A DNA stretch of 64,000 nt from an uncultured delta proteobacterium. GTDB taxonomy: Bacteria > Myxococcota_A > Polyangia > Polyangiales > Polyangiaceae. The notes beneath the pieces were generated by a model that saw nothing but the letters and a program-made list of their open reading frames with translations, did no database searches and was not told the DNA's origin. Shown one piece after another: positions 50,920-60,875 of the stretch. Both the position numbers and the translations under genes were made by a program. Each line of letters starts with the position of its first letter. Within the stretch, counting starts at the first letter, position 1. The stretch covers positions 4,064,001-4,128,000 of the forward strand of contig CAWDXG010000004.1 in the NCBI GenBank assembly GCA_963806225.1, read 5' to 3'.

Positions 50920-52053
50920 GTGCCCGCGGTCCGAATCGCCGTCCACCCGCGTCGCCAGAAATCCCTGGACCGCTCGCCCCCGCCCAGCAGCTGGTTCGGC
51001 CGAATCCGCCGCCGGCTGCGCCCACCGCGCAAGCTGAAGATCACGCGCGAGGGAAAGTACTTCATCGGTATCACCATCGGCGTCGGCTTCGCCGCTATCA
51101 ACACCGGCAACAATCTTCTGTACCTGCTTCTGGGCATGCTGCTCTCGCTCATCGTCGTCTCCGGCGTGATGAGCGACCTGAGCTTGCGCAGCCTCACCGT
51201 CATCCGCCGCCTTCCCCCGCGCGCCCAGGTCAGCCGCCCGCACCTGGTCGAGATCGAGGTCTACAACCACAAGAAGCGCACCCCGTCGTACGCGATCGAG
51301 ATCGAGGATCTGCGCGCGGGCCAGCCCGCGGACAAGCGCTGCTTCTTTCTGAAGATCAGCCCACGCTCGGCGCAGGTAGCTGCCTACAGACGCACGCCGG
51401 CCCGCCGCGGCCGCGACCGCCACATCGGATTCCGCATCGCCACGCGCTTCCCCTTCGGCTTGTTCGAGAAGTCGCGCGAGCTCGCAGCGGACGGCGACCT
51501 CGTCATCTACCCCGCCGTCGACCCGGTGCGCCTGCCTCCCGAACAGCCCGGTCTAAAGCTCGGCGGCGACGGCGCGCTCGGCCGCGGCCACGGCGACGAG
51601 ATCGTCGGTGTGCGTCCGATGCGCGACGGCGACGACCCGCGCGACATCTACTGGCGCAAGAGCACCGTCGCCAACCAGTTCGTGCTCCGTGAGCGAGCCC
51701 GCGAAACCCGCCGCGATGTGATGTTCAGCATCGACAACCGCTACCCCGACAAGCAACCCGACGAGCGCTGGTCCGCACAGTTCGAACGCCGGATCCGCGA
51801 CGTAGCGTCGCGCGCCGTCGCGCACCTGAAGCGCGGAGATGCCGTCACGCTCAGCGCCACTCGCGGCGAATCCGCCCGCGCGGACTCGACCGTCGGCGCC
51901 GACCCGCTGCTGAGGTTCCTGGCGCTGCTCCAGGCAGCTCCCTCGGACGGGGCCGCTACGCGCACCGACAACTCGAAGCCGCCCGCACCTCTGCCCAAGC
52001 CGCGCTACGACAGCAAGCCCGAAAAGCCCGCACTTCCGGGAGGCGCCGCGTGA
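50920..52053 (+). CDS. DUF58 domain protein
   Basis: AAINTGNNLLYL, RFPFGLF, GDDPRDIYWRKS; follows moxR. Confidence 0.9.
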   Translation: MPAVRIAVHPRRQKSLDRSPPPSSWFGRIRRRLRPPRKLKITREGKYFIGITIGVGFAAINTGNNLLYLLLGMLLSLIVVSGVMSDLSLRSLTVIRRLPPRAQVSRPHLVEIEVYNHKKRTPSYAIEIEDLRAGQPADKRCFFLKISPRSAQVAAYRRTPARRGRDRHIGFRIATRFPFGLFEKSRELAADGDLVIYPAVDPVRLPPEQPGLKLGGDGALGRGHGDEIVGVRPMRDGDDPRDIYWRKSTVANQFVLRERARETRRDVMFSIDNRYPDKQPDERWSAQFERRIRDVASRAVAHLKRGDAVTLSATRGESARADSTVGADPLLRFLALLQAAPSDGAATRTDNSKPPAPLPKPRYDSKPEKPALPGGAA

Positions 52054-54215
52054 GGTTCGGTCTGATCCACCGGATCATGACCGACGCGCTCGCCACGCTC
52101 GGCCTGCTCGCGCTGGTGACGAGTGGCGAGCTCGGACGCTGGGTCAGCGTCTCGCTCCTCGTAGGGCTCGCGCTGGCTCTGGCCATTCCCGAACGTTGGC
52201 AGGACAAGGCCGTGCTGCGGCAGTTCGCAGTGCTCTCGCCGATCGTGCTCCTCACGGTGCAGGTCGGGCGCCTTTTCGTCGGCGCGGGCGTGCTGGTCCT
52301 TGCTGTGGAGTTCGCCGCGGCCCTCCAGGTGGTGCGACTCGCCACGCGCCGCGGCGCAGCTCACGACCAGCAGGTGATCGTGCTCGCCCTGCTGCATCTG
52401 ATCGCCGGCACCGTTCTGGGCGGCGGACTGGCGTATGGGCTCTGCTTCGTCGGATTCTTGATCGTGGCGCCCGGCGCGCTGGTGCTGAGCCATCTGCGTC
52501 GTGAAGTAGAGGGCAACTACCGCCAGGGAGCACGCGACCGCACCGGGCTCCCTGTCGACGTGCCGCGCATCCTGCGCAGCCGCCGCGTGATCGGCAAGCC
52601 GTTCCTGGCATTCACGTGCCTCTTGTCCGTTCCGATCTTCGTCTTCACCGCGCTCCTGTTCGTGCTCTTTCCGCGCGTCGGTCTCTCGCTTCTGCTGCTC
52701 AACCACGCGCGGCCCGAGCGGATGATCGGGTTCTCGGACAAGGTCGACCTTGGAGGAGTCGGCAAGCTCCGCAGCGATCCGACGATAGCGATGCGCGTGG
52801 AGTATCCGAAGCTACGCGACCCTCCCCCGGAGCGCCTGGCTCTGTACCTGCGCGGCACCGCGTTCGATCGCTACGACGGACGCAGCTGGTCGCGCACGAT
52901 CACGGAGCGCGTGAAGGCCGACCATCTCGGAACCAACGTACGTATCCGCCGCTTCGGCAACCCGGGACACGATCGCAAGATGACGATCGACCTGGAGCCG
53001 ATCGACCCGCCCGTGTTGTTCCTGCCGCCCCACGCCGTCGCCATCAGACTGCTGCCACGCGGCACTCCACTGCTCGGTGCGTTGCCCACCATCTACAAGG
53101 GGCCCGAAGGCGAATACAAGTACGCGAGCACCGAGGACAGCGGGATCCGCTACGACGTATTCTTGGCCGGACCGACCGACCACAAGCCGACGCCGCTGAG
53201 CGCCGACAACCGCATGCGCTACCTCGAAGTGCCCGCGGACCTGCCGAAACGCATCGCCGATCTCGCGCACCACTGGGTCGGTACGAAGGCGGATCCCGCG
53301 CAGCAGGCGAAGATCATCGAGCAGCACCTGCGCCACGACTACAAGTACGATCTGGATTCGCCCTCGGGTGCCGCCAAGAACCCGCTGGACGATTTCCTCT
53401 TCAACAGCAAGCGCGGACACTGCGAGTTCTATTCGACCGCGATGGCGATCATGCTTCGTACGTTGGGCGTCCCGACGCGCAACGTGACCGGCTTCATCGG
53501 CGGTACCTACAACCGCTTCGGGCACTACTACGCCGTGCGCCAGGGCGACGCGCACTCGTGGGTCGAGGCCTACCTCGACAACAAGGGGTGGACGCGCTTC
53601 GACCCGACTCCCCCGGCGGACGCTGCGCCGCAGAGCGAGGTCACCGGATTCCTGGCGTTCGTGCGGGACTTCATCGAGGCGACTGCGCAGCGCTGGAACC
53701 GCCACGTGGTGGGCTACGACCTCAAGCAGCAGGTGCGGCTCTTCCACCGCGTGCAGAGCCGCTATTCCGGACTCCACGGTCCAAGCGCGGTGATCGGCGC
53801 GCTCAAGTCACCGCGACGCCTGGCGACACTCCTCCTGGGCCTGCTCTTGATGGTGGGCGGCGTGGTGTGGCTCAGACGCCAGCGCCGCGGAGGCCCCCGG
53901 GCAACCCGCACGCGATCTCCGACCGAAGTGGCAACCCTGCAGGCGGTGCGGCTGTATCGTTCACTCGAGGACGCGATGACCGCGCACGGCGTGGTGCGCC
54001 CCGCCAGCACGCCGCCGCTGTCCCATGCGCGCGCTCTCGTCGAGATGGGGCACCCCATCGGCGGCGAAGTACTGGCGCTCACCGAGCGCTACCTCGAGGC
54101 ACGTTTCGGCGAACGCCCGATCGACGAGGGGGAGCGGCGGGAGTTCACGCGCCGCGTCCGCGCGCTGCGCCAGGCCAATCGGCAGGAGCTCCTGGCACGG
54201 CGGGAAGCGGCGTAA
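52050..54215 (+). CDS. Membrane transglutaminase-like protein (TgpA-type)
   Basis: N-terminal TMs; GHCEFYSTAM, AHSWVE, RFDPT (Cys-His-Asp triad). Confidence 0.92.
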   Translation: MRFGLIHRIMTDALATLGLLALVTSGELGRWVSVSLLVGLALALAIPERWQDKAVLRQFAVLSPIVLLTVQVGRLFVGAGVLVLAVEFAAALQVVRLATRRGAAHDQQVIVLALLHLIAGTVLGGGLAYGLCFVGFLIVAPGALVLSHLRREVEGNYRQGARDRTGLPVDVPRILRSRRVIGKPFLAFTCLLSVPIFVFTALLFVLFPRVGLSLLLLNHARPERMIGFSDKVDLGGVGKLRSDPTIAMRVEYPKLRDPPPERLALYLRGTAFDRYDGRSWSRTITERVKADHLGTNVRIRRFGNPGHDRKMTIDLEPIDPPVLFLPPHAVAIRLLPRGTPLLGALPTIYKGPEGEYKYASTEDSGIRYDVFLAGPTDHKPTPLSADNRMRYLEVPADLPKRIADLAHHWVGTKADPAQQAKIIEQHLRHDYKYDLDSPSGAAKNPLDDFLFNSKRGHCEFYSTAMAIMLRTLGVPTRNVTGFIGGTYNRFGHYYAVRQGDAHSWVEAYLDNKGWTRFDPTPPADAAPQSEVTGFLAFVRDFIEATAQRWNRHVVGYDLKQQVRLFHRVQSRYSGLHGPSAVIGALKSPRRLATLLLGLLLMVGGVVWLRRQRRGGPRATRTRSPTEVATLQAVRLYRSLEDAMTAHGVVRPASTPPLSHARALVEMGHPIGGEVLALTERYLEARFGERPIDEGERREFTRRVRALRQANRQELLARREAA

Positions 54216-54228
54216 GTCCGACTGCACC

Positions 54229-54430
54229 GGGTCACTATTGACCCAGTTGACCCTCCGCTGTCCCCAGGCTTTCCCCAGACGCGAAGTGTCACACCTGGAC
54301 GCCACGCGTGTCATTCTGCCAACCCTCCCCAACACGGCCTGTGGCACCAGAGCAACAACCGCATGAATTGCGCGTCTCGCCACTCGGAAGCCATCCACAG
54401 CTTTTTCAAGGCCTGTTGATAAGCCAAGGC
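54229..54430. other. Cluster of DnaA-box-like 9-mers in a convergent intergenic region (candidate oriC or DnaA-binding locus)
   Basis: CTGTCCCCA 54258, CTTTCCCCA 54269, CCATCCACA 54391, TTATCAACA on the minus strand 54422-54414; inverted repeat GGGTCA-CTAT-TGACCC 54229-54244. Confidence 0.45.
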
Positions 54431-54495
54431 AAAGGCGCATAACTTGCACCAGCGCGCACCGCCCAGCGCAGTGGACGCCGCGAAACCGACGGAGC

Positions 54496-55032
54496 TCAAG
54501 CGCGATGGCGCTTCAGCACAACGCGCGCGGGCTGATCCGGGGTGCGCTCACCGAGCGGCGAGCGCGCGACGCCGTAGAAACCGTCGCTACGTGGTCGCAA
54601 CTCGAGTCCGTCGAAATCCAGGTCGGGTTGGCCACGTTCGACCCATGCCACCACGATCGGCGCTGCCTCGATAGCCTGGGCATCGTCGCCGATCTGCACG
54701 ATATCCACCGCGATACCGCGCTGGAGCTCCTCGGCGGTGATGGCGCGCTGGATGGAGCCGAGCGGCCGCGCGTGCTCGCTTGGAAGATGATCCGCCCCCA
54801 CGGCTTCCGGCGCATACGACTGCACGATCAGGCGGTAAGCGTCGCTGGCGTCACCGTCATCGACCGTTAGCTGGTCACCCGAGATCTCTGCGCGTACGCG
54901 GCCGACCTGCCCCAGACCGAGGGTGGTGGCCGCAACCAGCGCCATCCAGGAAGCGCCGCTGGCAACGGAAGCCGCTGCCTTCCCGGCGGCTCCGCGCACT
55001 CCGCGCTTCCTTGGTTGTGCTCTCTGGGCCAT
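54496..55032 (-). CDS. Hypothetical exported or membrane-anchored protein
   Basis: Basic N-terminus, hydrophobic stretch, then a globular domain. Confidence 0.6.
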   Translation of the reverse strand: MAQRAQPRKRGVRGAAGKAAASVASGASWMALVAATTLGLGQVGRVRAEISGDQLTVDDGDASDAYRLIVQSYAPEAVGADHLPSEHARPLGSIQRAITAEELQRGIAVDIVQIGDDAQAIEAAPIVVAWVERGQPDLDFDGLELRPRSDGFYGVARSPLGERTPDQPARVVLKRHRA

Positions 55033-55200
55033 GTCTCTTCGATCCAATGAACGTTGGGGGGGCGATTTTCTTTCAGTGAACTCGTCCCGACCGCATGCCG
55101 AGACATAAGCATGTTTCGTGCCACCACAAGTGGTGGGTAGAAGATCGCACATTCGCGCCTCGCCGGCGGGTCGGGGTGGGTCACATGTGACCTGTAGCGG

Positions 55201-56637
55201 TCAGCTGTCACCTTGCGCCACGACCGCACGCGCCCACTTCAGCGCGGCAGCACAGGCCCCATCGGACCGCGGCCCCGCCGGGTTGCGCAGATACGGACCC
55301 GCGGTGACGGCCACGTCCCGACCGCTGCGAACGACGGCGAAGGGCCCCGCGAGGCGTCGGGCGCGGCACACGCTCCCACCCTTTACCGCTGCGTGGGCCG
55401 CCTTGGGCCCAACGAAAACGGCATCCGGATGCCCGGTGCGATCGGCGCGAGCCATCGCCAACACCCCGCGCGCGAACGCCTCGAGCCCCCGCTGGGCGGC
55501 CTCCCGCGTGTCGTAACGGAGGTGCCAGGCAAACGCGATGCGGTGGCCATCACGGAACACCGCGCCGCGATCCCCGTCCCAACCGCTGGCCGCCTTTGCA
55601 GCCTTGCCGCGCGGCATCCAGCCCTCGAACACCAGTCGCACCGACTGCTCGCCTTCGATGTCGTGATAGAGCACCTTCGACGGCCCTGCCGGATCTGGCA
55701 GCGGCACCGCGATCGAGTCGCCCACCTCGTGCGCCACCAGTTTCGCTGGATGCAGGAGCTGCTCGGTGGTGGTGGGCCGGTGTGCCCACAGCGCGTCCAC
55801 GGCCGCCCACCCGCCACGGCGGCGCGCCCAGTGCACGAGGCGGATCCCGTCGACGTACGCAGAGACGATCGAGCGCTTGAGGATGTCGGGCACGTTGGCC
55901 GCGGCAGGAGAAAGCTCGATGGAGCCGCGCGCCTCGATCCCCACCGCACCGTCGGGAAGATCCGTGGCGCGCTTTCCCTTCGGGGCGAGCATGGCGTCCA
56001 GCATGGCGCTGGTAGCGCCGCCTTCAGCCAGCGCGTGCACCGCGCTCTGTGCATCGGATGCGTCGTCGCGATATTCGAGCAGCGATCCTAGACCGAAGTA
56101 CTGGTCCTGCAGCGCATGGACGAGCTCGTGGTCGAGCGTGATCTTCCGCTCCGACGGAGCCAGATCCGCGGACAGGTACATTGTCTTGTCTTTCGGCTCG
56201 TAGAAGCCGGCAAGCTGAGCGGTCATCAGCTCCATCAGGCTCCGCTCGTAGTCGAAATCCGGCGGAACGGTGCCGAGCGCGAACAGCATCTCCGCCTGCC
56301 CCGCCATGGCATCGGGCGGCACCTCGCTCAGCATGTCGCGACGCACATGCGCAACCATCTCGGCGCGGCTGACCAGCTTGCCCCGCACCGGACCCTTCGG
56401 CGGCAGCTGGCGCAGACGCGACACCTCGCGGAGAGCGCGCGCGACGACCATGTCGGCCGCACTGTCGGGGTCCTGCACCGCTGGCGCGGGCCGGGCGGGG
56501 TCCGCGCTCCGCGCCAGAGGCGACGGGGAAGGCCGGTTCGGTGGAGCCGCAACGGAGGGGCGAGCCTCGCTGCGACCGCAACCCACGGAAAGGGAAAGCG
56601 CCGCCAGTACGACCAGGGTCGGGATCCTCATGCGCAC
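55201..56637 (-). CDS. Lipoprotein with zincin-like HExxH motif
   Basis: Lipobox SVGC; AGFYEP, HELVHALQDQ, ALAEGGA, PTTTEQLLHP, GWDGDR. Confidence 0.8.
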   Translation of the reverse strand: MRMRIPTLVVLAALSLSVGCGRSEARPSVAAPPNRPSPSPLARSADPARPAPAVQDPDSAADMVVARALREVSRLRQLPPKGPVRGKLVSRAEMVAHVRRDMLSEVPPDAMAGQAEMLFALGTVPPDFDYERSLMELMTAQLAGFYEPKDKTMYLSADLAPSERKITLDHELVHALQDQYFGLGSLLEYRDDASDAQSAVHALAEGGATSAMLDAMLAPKGKRATDLPDGAVGIEARGSIELSPAAANVPDILKRSIVSAYVDGIRLVHWARRRGGWAAVDALWAHRPTTTEQLLHPAKLVAHEVGDSIAVPLPDPAGPSKVLYHDIEGEQSVRLVFEGWMPRGKAAKAASGWDGDRGAVFRDGHRIAFAWHLRYDTREAAQRGLEAFARGVLAMARADRTGHPDAVFVGPKAAHAAVKGGSVCRARRLAGPFAVVRSGRDVAVTAGPYLRNPAGPRSDGACAAALKWARAVVAQGDS

Positions 56638-56687
56638 CCGGAGCGTAGCCGGCGGGCGCGTGACGAGCCACTCCCGCGGCGGGTAGG

Positions 56688-57353
56688 TCAGCCGGCCGCG
56701 GCCTTGCGGATGCTGGCGATCGCGCCCGCGCGATCCGACTCACCGAACACGGCCGAACCCGCGACCAGCACGCGCGCCCCGGCGTCGACGACCTGCCGGG
56801 CTGTTTCCGGCGAAACTCCGCCATCGACCTCGAGATCGATCTCGAGTCCGGCGGCGTCGATCATGCGACGCAGCGCAGCCAGCTTGGGCAGCGCCTCCGG
56901 CAGGAATGCCTGGCCCCCGAAGCCGGGGTTGACGCTCATCACCAGGACCAGGTCCACGTCGCCCAGCACGTAGCGCAGGTGTTCTTCCGGCGTATGCGGA
57001 TTGAGCACGACACCCGCGCGTTTCCCGAGACGACGGATCTCCGCGAGCGTGCGCTGCAGATGCACGGACGCCTCGATGTGCACGCTGATCACGTCGGCGC
57101 CGGCCTCGGCAAACTGCTCGATGTACTTCTCCGGCTCGACGATCATCAGATGCACGTCGACCGGCAATGCGGTGGCGCGGCGGATCGCCTTCACCATGGC
57201 GGGACCGAGCGTGATGTTCGGCACGAAGCGGCCATCCATCACGTCCACGTGGATCCAATCTGCCCCGCCTTTCTCGACCTCGCGGACCTCCTCGGCGAGG
57301 CGTCCCAGGTCTGCGCTCAGGACCGAGGGGGCAACGCGAACAGCTGTCGGCAT
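56688..57353 (-). CDS. rpe: Ribulose-phosphate 3-epimerase
   Basis: APSVLSAD, HVDVMDGRFVPN, DVHLM, MSVNPGFGGQ, EVDGG. Confidence 0.97.
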   Translation of the reverse strand: MPTAVRVAPSVLSADLGRLAEEVREVEKGGADWIHVDVMDGRFVPNITLGPAMVKAIRRATALPVDVHLMIVEPEKYIEQFAEAGADVISVHIEASVHLQRTLAEIRRLGKRAGVVLNPHTPEEHLRYVLGDVDLVLVMSVNPGFGGQAFLPEALPKLAALRRMIDAAGLEIDLEVDGGVSPETARQVVDAGARVLVAGSAVFGESDRAGAIASIRKAAAG

Positions 57354-57504
57354 GGAGCAGGGGATACACGACGGCCGGGCCCGCGGCCAGCACCACCGAC
57401 CGTGCACGAAAACCGGCCGCGGCTCGCTCTGCATGCCGCTGGATTCGCGCCTGGCAGCATGTGATACCCTCCCCGAAGCCGGGCTCACGCCGGCCCTCGA
57501 ACCG

Positions 57505-57942
57505 ATGCTCACTCGTCCACTCGGCAAGCAGGACTACGACCACATCGTCCAGGTCATCGACCGCTGGTGGGGAGGGCCGACCAGCGCCCTGGCTCATCCC
57601 ATGTTCTTCTACGAGCTGGGCACGCTCGCGCGCGTCGTCGAACACGACGGCGTGCTGGTGGGGTTCCTCTTCGGATTCGTTTCGTTGGGACCGCCGCCGA
57701 CGGGCTACGTCCATCTAGTTGGCATCCACCCGGACTACCGGCGCCGTGGAGTCGGCAAGGTGCTCTACCAGACCTTCGAGGACGACTGTCGTGCAGCTGC
57801 ATGCACGCGTCTCAAGGCGATCACGACGACCGGCAACGAGGGTTCGATTGCCTTCCACCGGGCGCTCGGATGGAGCGTCTCCCTCGTCGAGGACTACGCG
57901 GGTCCCGCCAGGCCACGCATCGTGTTCGAGAAGACGCTTTGA
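57505..57942 (+). CDS. GNAT family N-acetyltransferase
   Basis: VHLVGIHPDYRRRGVG, NEGSIAFH..LG. Confidence 0.9.
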   Translation: MLTRPLGKQDYDHIVQVIDRWWGGPTSALAHPMFFYELGTLARVVEHDGVLVGFLFGFVSLGPPPTGYVHLVGIHPDYRRRGVGKVLYQTFEDDCRAAACTRLKAITTTGNEGSIAFHRALGWSVSLVEDYAGPARPRIVFEKTL

Positions 57943-57943
57943 G

Positions 57944-58759
57944 ATGACCCAAGGCGAGCCCGGTTCGTTTCCGGCGTCACGCCCCGCACGGCAGGCCCGG
58001 GTCCAGTTGGTCGAGGCGCTGCAGATCCTGCAATCGCTCGACACGGGAAGCGGCGCGGCGGCGCGTGCGCTGGATGCGGCCGCGGCGGCGTCGAGTGCGC
58101 TGTACGAGGCCGAGACCCACGCCGCCACGCTGCAGGCGTCGTACTCGGGAGTGCGCATCGCGATCGAGCAGTTGGGCGAGGCGCTGACGGCGCTGCAGGA
58201 GTACGAGGCAGAGAGCTCGACCGTGCACCCGGCGACGGAGACCATCGCGCGCACGCTCGCACTGCTCTACCCGATCGCGAAAGCCCAGCAGCGTCAGCGC
58301 CGCGAAGTGGTGATGCCGGCCGAGGAGAGCGGCGAACGCGCGTCGCACGTCCCTCCCGCGCCCGAGCCGCTCGGCCGTCCGCGCCTTCCCACGCCGTTCT
58401 CGGGGTCCGACAAACGCTCGAGCGGCGGGAGCCGCGTCTTCGTCGAGACGGACATCGGTCTCTTCAGCGACTCCACGTTCTACACGGGGCTGTCGCAGGA
58501 CCTGTCCAACGGGGGGCTATTCGTCGCCACCTACGAGCCCAGACCGCCGGGCACGACGGTGTCGATCTTCTTCGTGCTGCCCGACGGCCACGAGGTGGAA
58601 GCCGCCGGCATCGTGCGCTGGACGCGGGAAGCCAGCGAGGACTCGCCGCCGGGGATGGGCATCGCCTTCTCGGAGCTGGATCCGGCCGACCTGCAAGCGA
58701 TTACGCGGTTTTGCCAGGCGCGACCGCCCATCTATCACGACTCCGCCGACGAAACGTGA
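57944..58759 (+). CDS. PilZ-domain protein (TIGR02266-type)
   Basis: FYTGLSQDLSNGGLFVAT...VRWTRE...PGMGIAF. Confidence 0.88.
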   Translation: MTQGEPGSFPASRPARQARVQLVEALQILQSLDTGSGAAARALDAAAAASSALYEAETHAATLQASYSGVRIAIEQLGEALTALQEYEAESSTVHPATETIARTLALLYPIAKAQQRQRREVVMPAEESGERASHVPPAPEPLGRPRLPTPFSGSDKRSSGGSRVFVETDIGLFSDSTFYTGLSQDLSNGGLFVATYEPRPPGTTVSIFFVLPDGHEVEAAGIVRWTREASEDSPPGMGIAFSELDPADLQAITRFCQARPPIYHDSADET

Positions 58760-58855
58760 GGGGGCGCGGCGGCACCGACTCGGGTCCGCCTATTGATTGT
58801 CGCTGAATCGGCGATAAGGTTCCTGCGGCTCGCGGGCAGCTGTCCGGAGGACGAG

Positions 58856-59761
58856 ATGCGCACTTCCAGATCCATTCTTGCATTGGTCGCAGCGGGCGCG
58901 GCAGCGTTCGGCTGCGCGCAATCCCAGTCGGTAGGAAACCCGTACGGGTCATACGGCGGCAGCGGCGGGGCGGCCGGCACGGGTGCCAGCGCCGGCACGG
59001 GCGCCGGTGGCAGCACGGGCGGTAGCGGAGCCGGCGGCAGCACGGGCGGCACCGGAGCCGGCGGCAGCACGGGCGGCACCGGAGCCGGCGGCAGCACGGG
59101 CGGTACCGGAGCCGGCGGCAGCACGGGCGGTACCGGAGCCGGCGGCACCGGGGGCGGCAACTGCACGCCGCCGGTAGCGGGAGGTGCGTGCGACACGTCG
59201 CCGCAGTGCGGCTGCAACTCGGGTCAGGCCTGCGTCGTCGTCAACCAGACCACCGGCTCGACTGGCTGCGTGGCGGCCGGCAGTGTCCAACCTGCCCAGA
59301 ACTGCTCGAGCGGCAGCACCTGCATCGCCGGCTACGACTGCGTGGGGCAGGCGTGCAAGAAGTACTGCGACTCGGCGACCGACTGCGGCGGCGGACAGGA
59401 CTGCGTGCAGGTGTCGGTCACCGACAGCAGCGGCAACTCGACTCCCATCCCCAGCATGAAGGTGTGCACGACCGGCTGCGCTCTGGAAAATCCGGGCGCG
59501 GTCTGCGGCTCGGGACTCAACTGCTACCAGGCATCGCAGACCAGCTCGGCGACGGACTGCGGTCCTGCCGGCACCGGAACGGGCGCCAGCGGGTGCAGCC
59601 AGACTGATCCCACAACCTGTGCGCCGGGCTACGTCTGCCTGACGGACAACAGCTGCGCGCACTGGTGCCGCGTCGGCATGAGCGATTGCCCCACCGGAAG
59701 CTGCGCGAACCTGCAGACGCCGCCCGTCATCAACGGCGTGACCTACGGAATCTGCCAATGA
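58856..59761 (+). CDS. Cys-rich lipoprotein with Gly/Thr/Ser repeat linker
   Basis: Lipobox AFGC; GGSTGGTGA repeats; CDTSPQCGC...CKKYC...CAHWC. Confidence 0.82.
   Translation: MRTSRSILALVAAGAAAFGCAQSQSVGNPYGSYGGSGGAAGTGASAGTGAGGSTGGSGAGGSTGGTGAGGSTGGTGAGGSTGGTGAGGSTGGTGAGGTGGGNCTPPVAGGACDTSPQCGCNSGQACVVVNQTTGSTGCVAAGSVQPAQNCSSGSTCIAGYDCVGQACKKYCDSATDCGGGQDCVQVSVTDSSGNSTPIPSMKVCTTGCALENPGAVCGSGLNCYQASQTSSATDCGPAGTGTGASGCSQTDPTTCAPGYVCLTDNSCAHWCRVGMSDCPTGSCANLQTPPVINGVTYGICQ
59006..59143. repeat. 27-bp coding tandem repeat (GGSTGGTGA, about 5 copies)
   Basis: ggcggcagcacgggcggYaccggagcc repeated. Confidence 0.88.
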
Positions 59762-60264
59762 CAGCCTCGGCGCCGGTCGACATAGGGCCGGCGGAGCTGC
59801 GCAACATCGGACTGTTCGGCGCATTGCCGGACAACGCACTGGCGCACCTCGCGTCGACCCTGGAACCGGTCACGCCGTCGGCTGGCGACGTTGTGTTTCG
59901 GGAGGGCGAGGAAGCGCGGGACATGTTCGTCGTGCTGAGCGGCGAGATGGAGATCCTCAAACGCAGCAAGCGCGGCGTCGACGCACGCGTGGCACTGCTC
60001 GGTCCTGGCGACTGGTTCGGCGAGATGAGCATCCTCGACGTGCAGCCTCGTTCGGCAACCGTGCGGACGCTTGCGCCGTCGCGCCTGCTCCGCATCACTT
60101 CTGCCGATCTGGACGGGCTATATCGCTACGATGTGAAGGCGTACTCGCTCATCGTGCTGAACCTGGCGCGCGAGCTGAGCCGCCGGTTGCGGGTCGCCGA
60201 CGGCATCCTGGCCGACTTCATCGCCAACCTGATGGACAGCTACCTGGCGCGGCCTGACGGCTGA
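59758..60264 (+). CDS. Stand-alone cyclic nucleotide-binding domain protein (no HTH)
   Basis: VFREGE, MFVVLSG, FGEMSILDVQPRSATV; ATGA overlap with the upstream gene. Confidence 0.9.
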   Translation: MTASAPVDIGPAELRNIGLFGALPDNALAHLASTLEPVTPSAGDVVFREGEEARDMFVVLSGEMEILKRSKRGVDARVALLGPGDWFGEMSILDVQPRSATVRTLAPSRLLRITSADLDGLYRYDVKAYSLIVLNLARELSRRLRVADGILADFIANLMDSYLARPDG

Positions 60265-60273
60265 CGCCTGCAC

Positions 60274-60711
60274 TCACTCGGCGGCAGCGTCTGCAGGGCC
60301 GGCGTCGGTGCCGGTCGCCCCGTCGGAGGCGTCGAGGACCGCTGCGTCGACGTTGACGGCGCCATCCCGCACCGCGCCGTCCGCGTGGAGAGCGCTGTCC
60401 CCGGCGGCGCCGTCGAGCAACCCGGCCTCGGTCTTCGGGATCGCCGCAGCGTCACCGCCAGCGTCGAGCGCACCGGCCATGGCCCCTGATCCGCCGCCGC
60501 CGTTCTTGCCTCCGGCAGCGCCACCCGTGGCGTAGCCGGTCCCGCCGACGCCCAGCCCGGGCAGCCCGCCCGCACCGCCCGTTGCGTAGTCGTGACCGCC
60601 AGTTCCGCCCGGGGTCAACGGCGGCTCCGGTTGCGGATTCAACGCGCAGGCCGCCACACCCAGCATCAAGCCAAGCGAGAGTGCGGCCAGCGTGCGGAGA
60701 TTCCGCCCCAT
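60274..60711 (-). CDS. Low-complexity lipoprotein with LNPQPEPP motif
   Basis: VAAC-ALNPQPEPP followed by Gly/Ala/Asp-rich sequence. Confidence 0.75.
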   Translation of the reverse strand: MGRNLRTLAALSLGLMLGVAACALNPQPEPPLTPGGTGGHDYATGGAGGLPGLGVGGTGYATGGAAGGKNGGGGSGAMAGALDAGGDAAAIPKTEAGLLDGAAGDSALHADGAVRDGAVNVDAAVLDASDGATGTDAGPADAAAE

Positions 60712-60875
60712 GTCGCGAATTCGTAGCACGTCGCGGTCCATGCCGCGCCCGACCGGCACCACGGGCCATTGACGCATGAAAACGCGACGTTGCGGCGCCG
60801 CAGCCAGCGCCGGATGGCACAACCTGGCACAAAACTGGACGTCGCTGACGCGGTCGCCCAGACGGGACGAGGGGC

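Noticed and set aside
49935..54215. moxR-DUF58-transglutaminase operon as a novel system
   Set aside because: Already a widely described conserved gene trio
57241..57256. ACGTCCACGTGGATCC as a third parS
   Set aside because: About 5 mismatches to the consensus and explained by the conserved WIHVDV motif of Rpe
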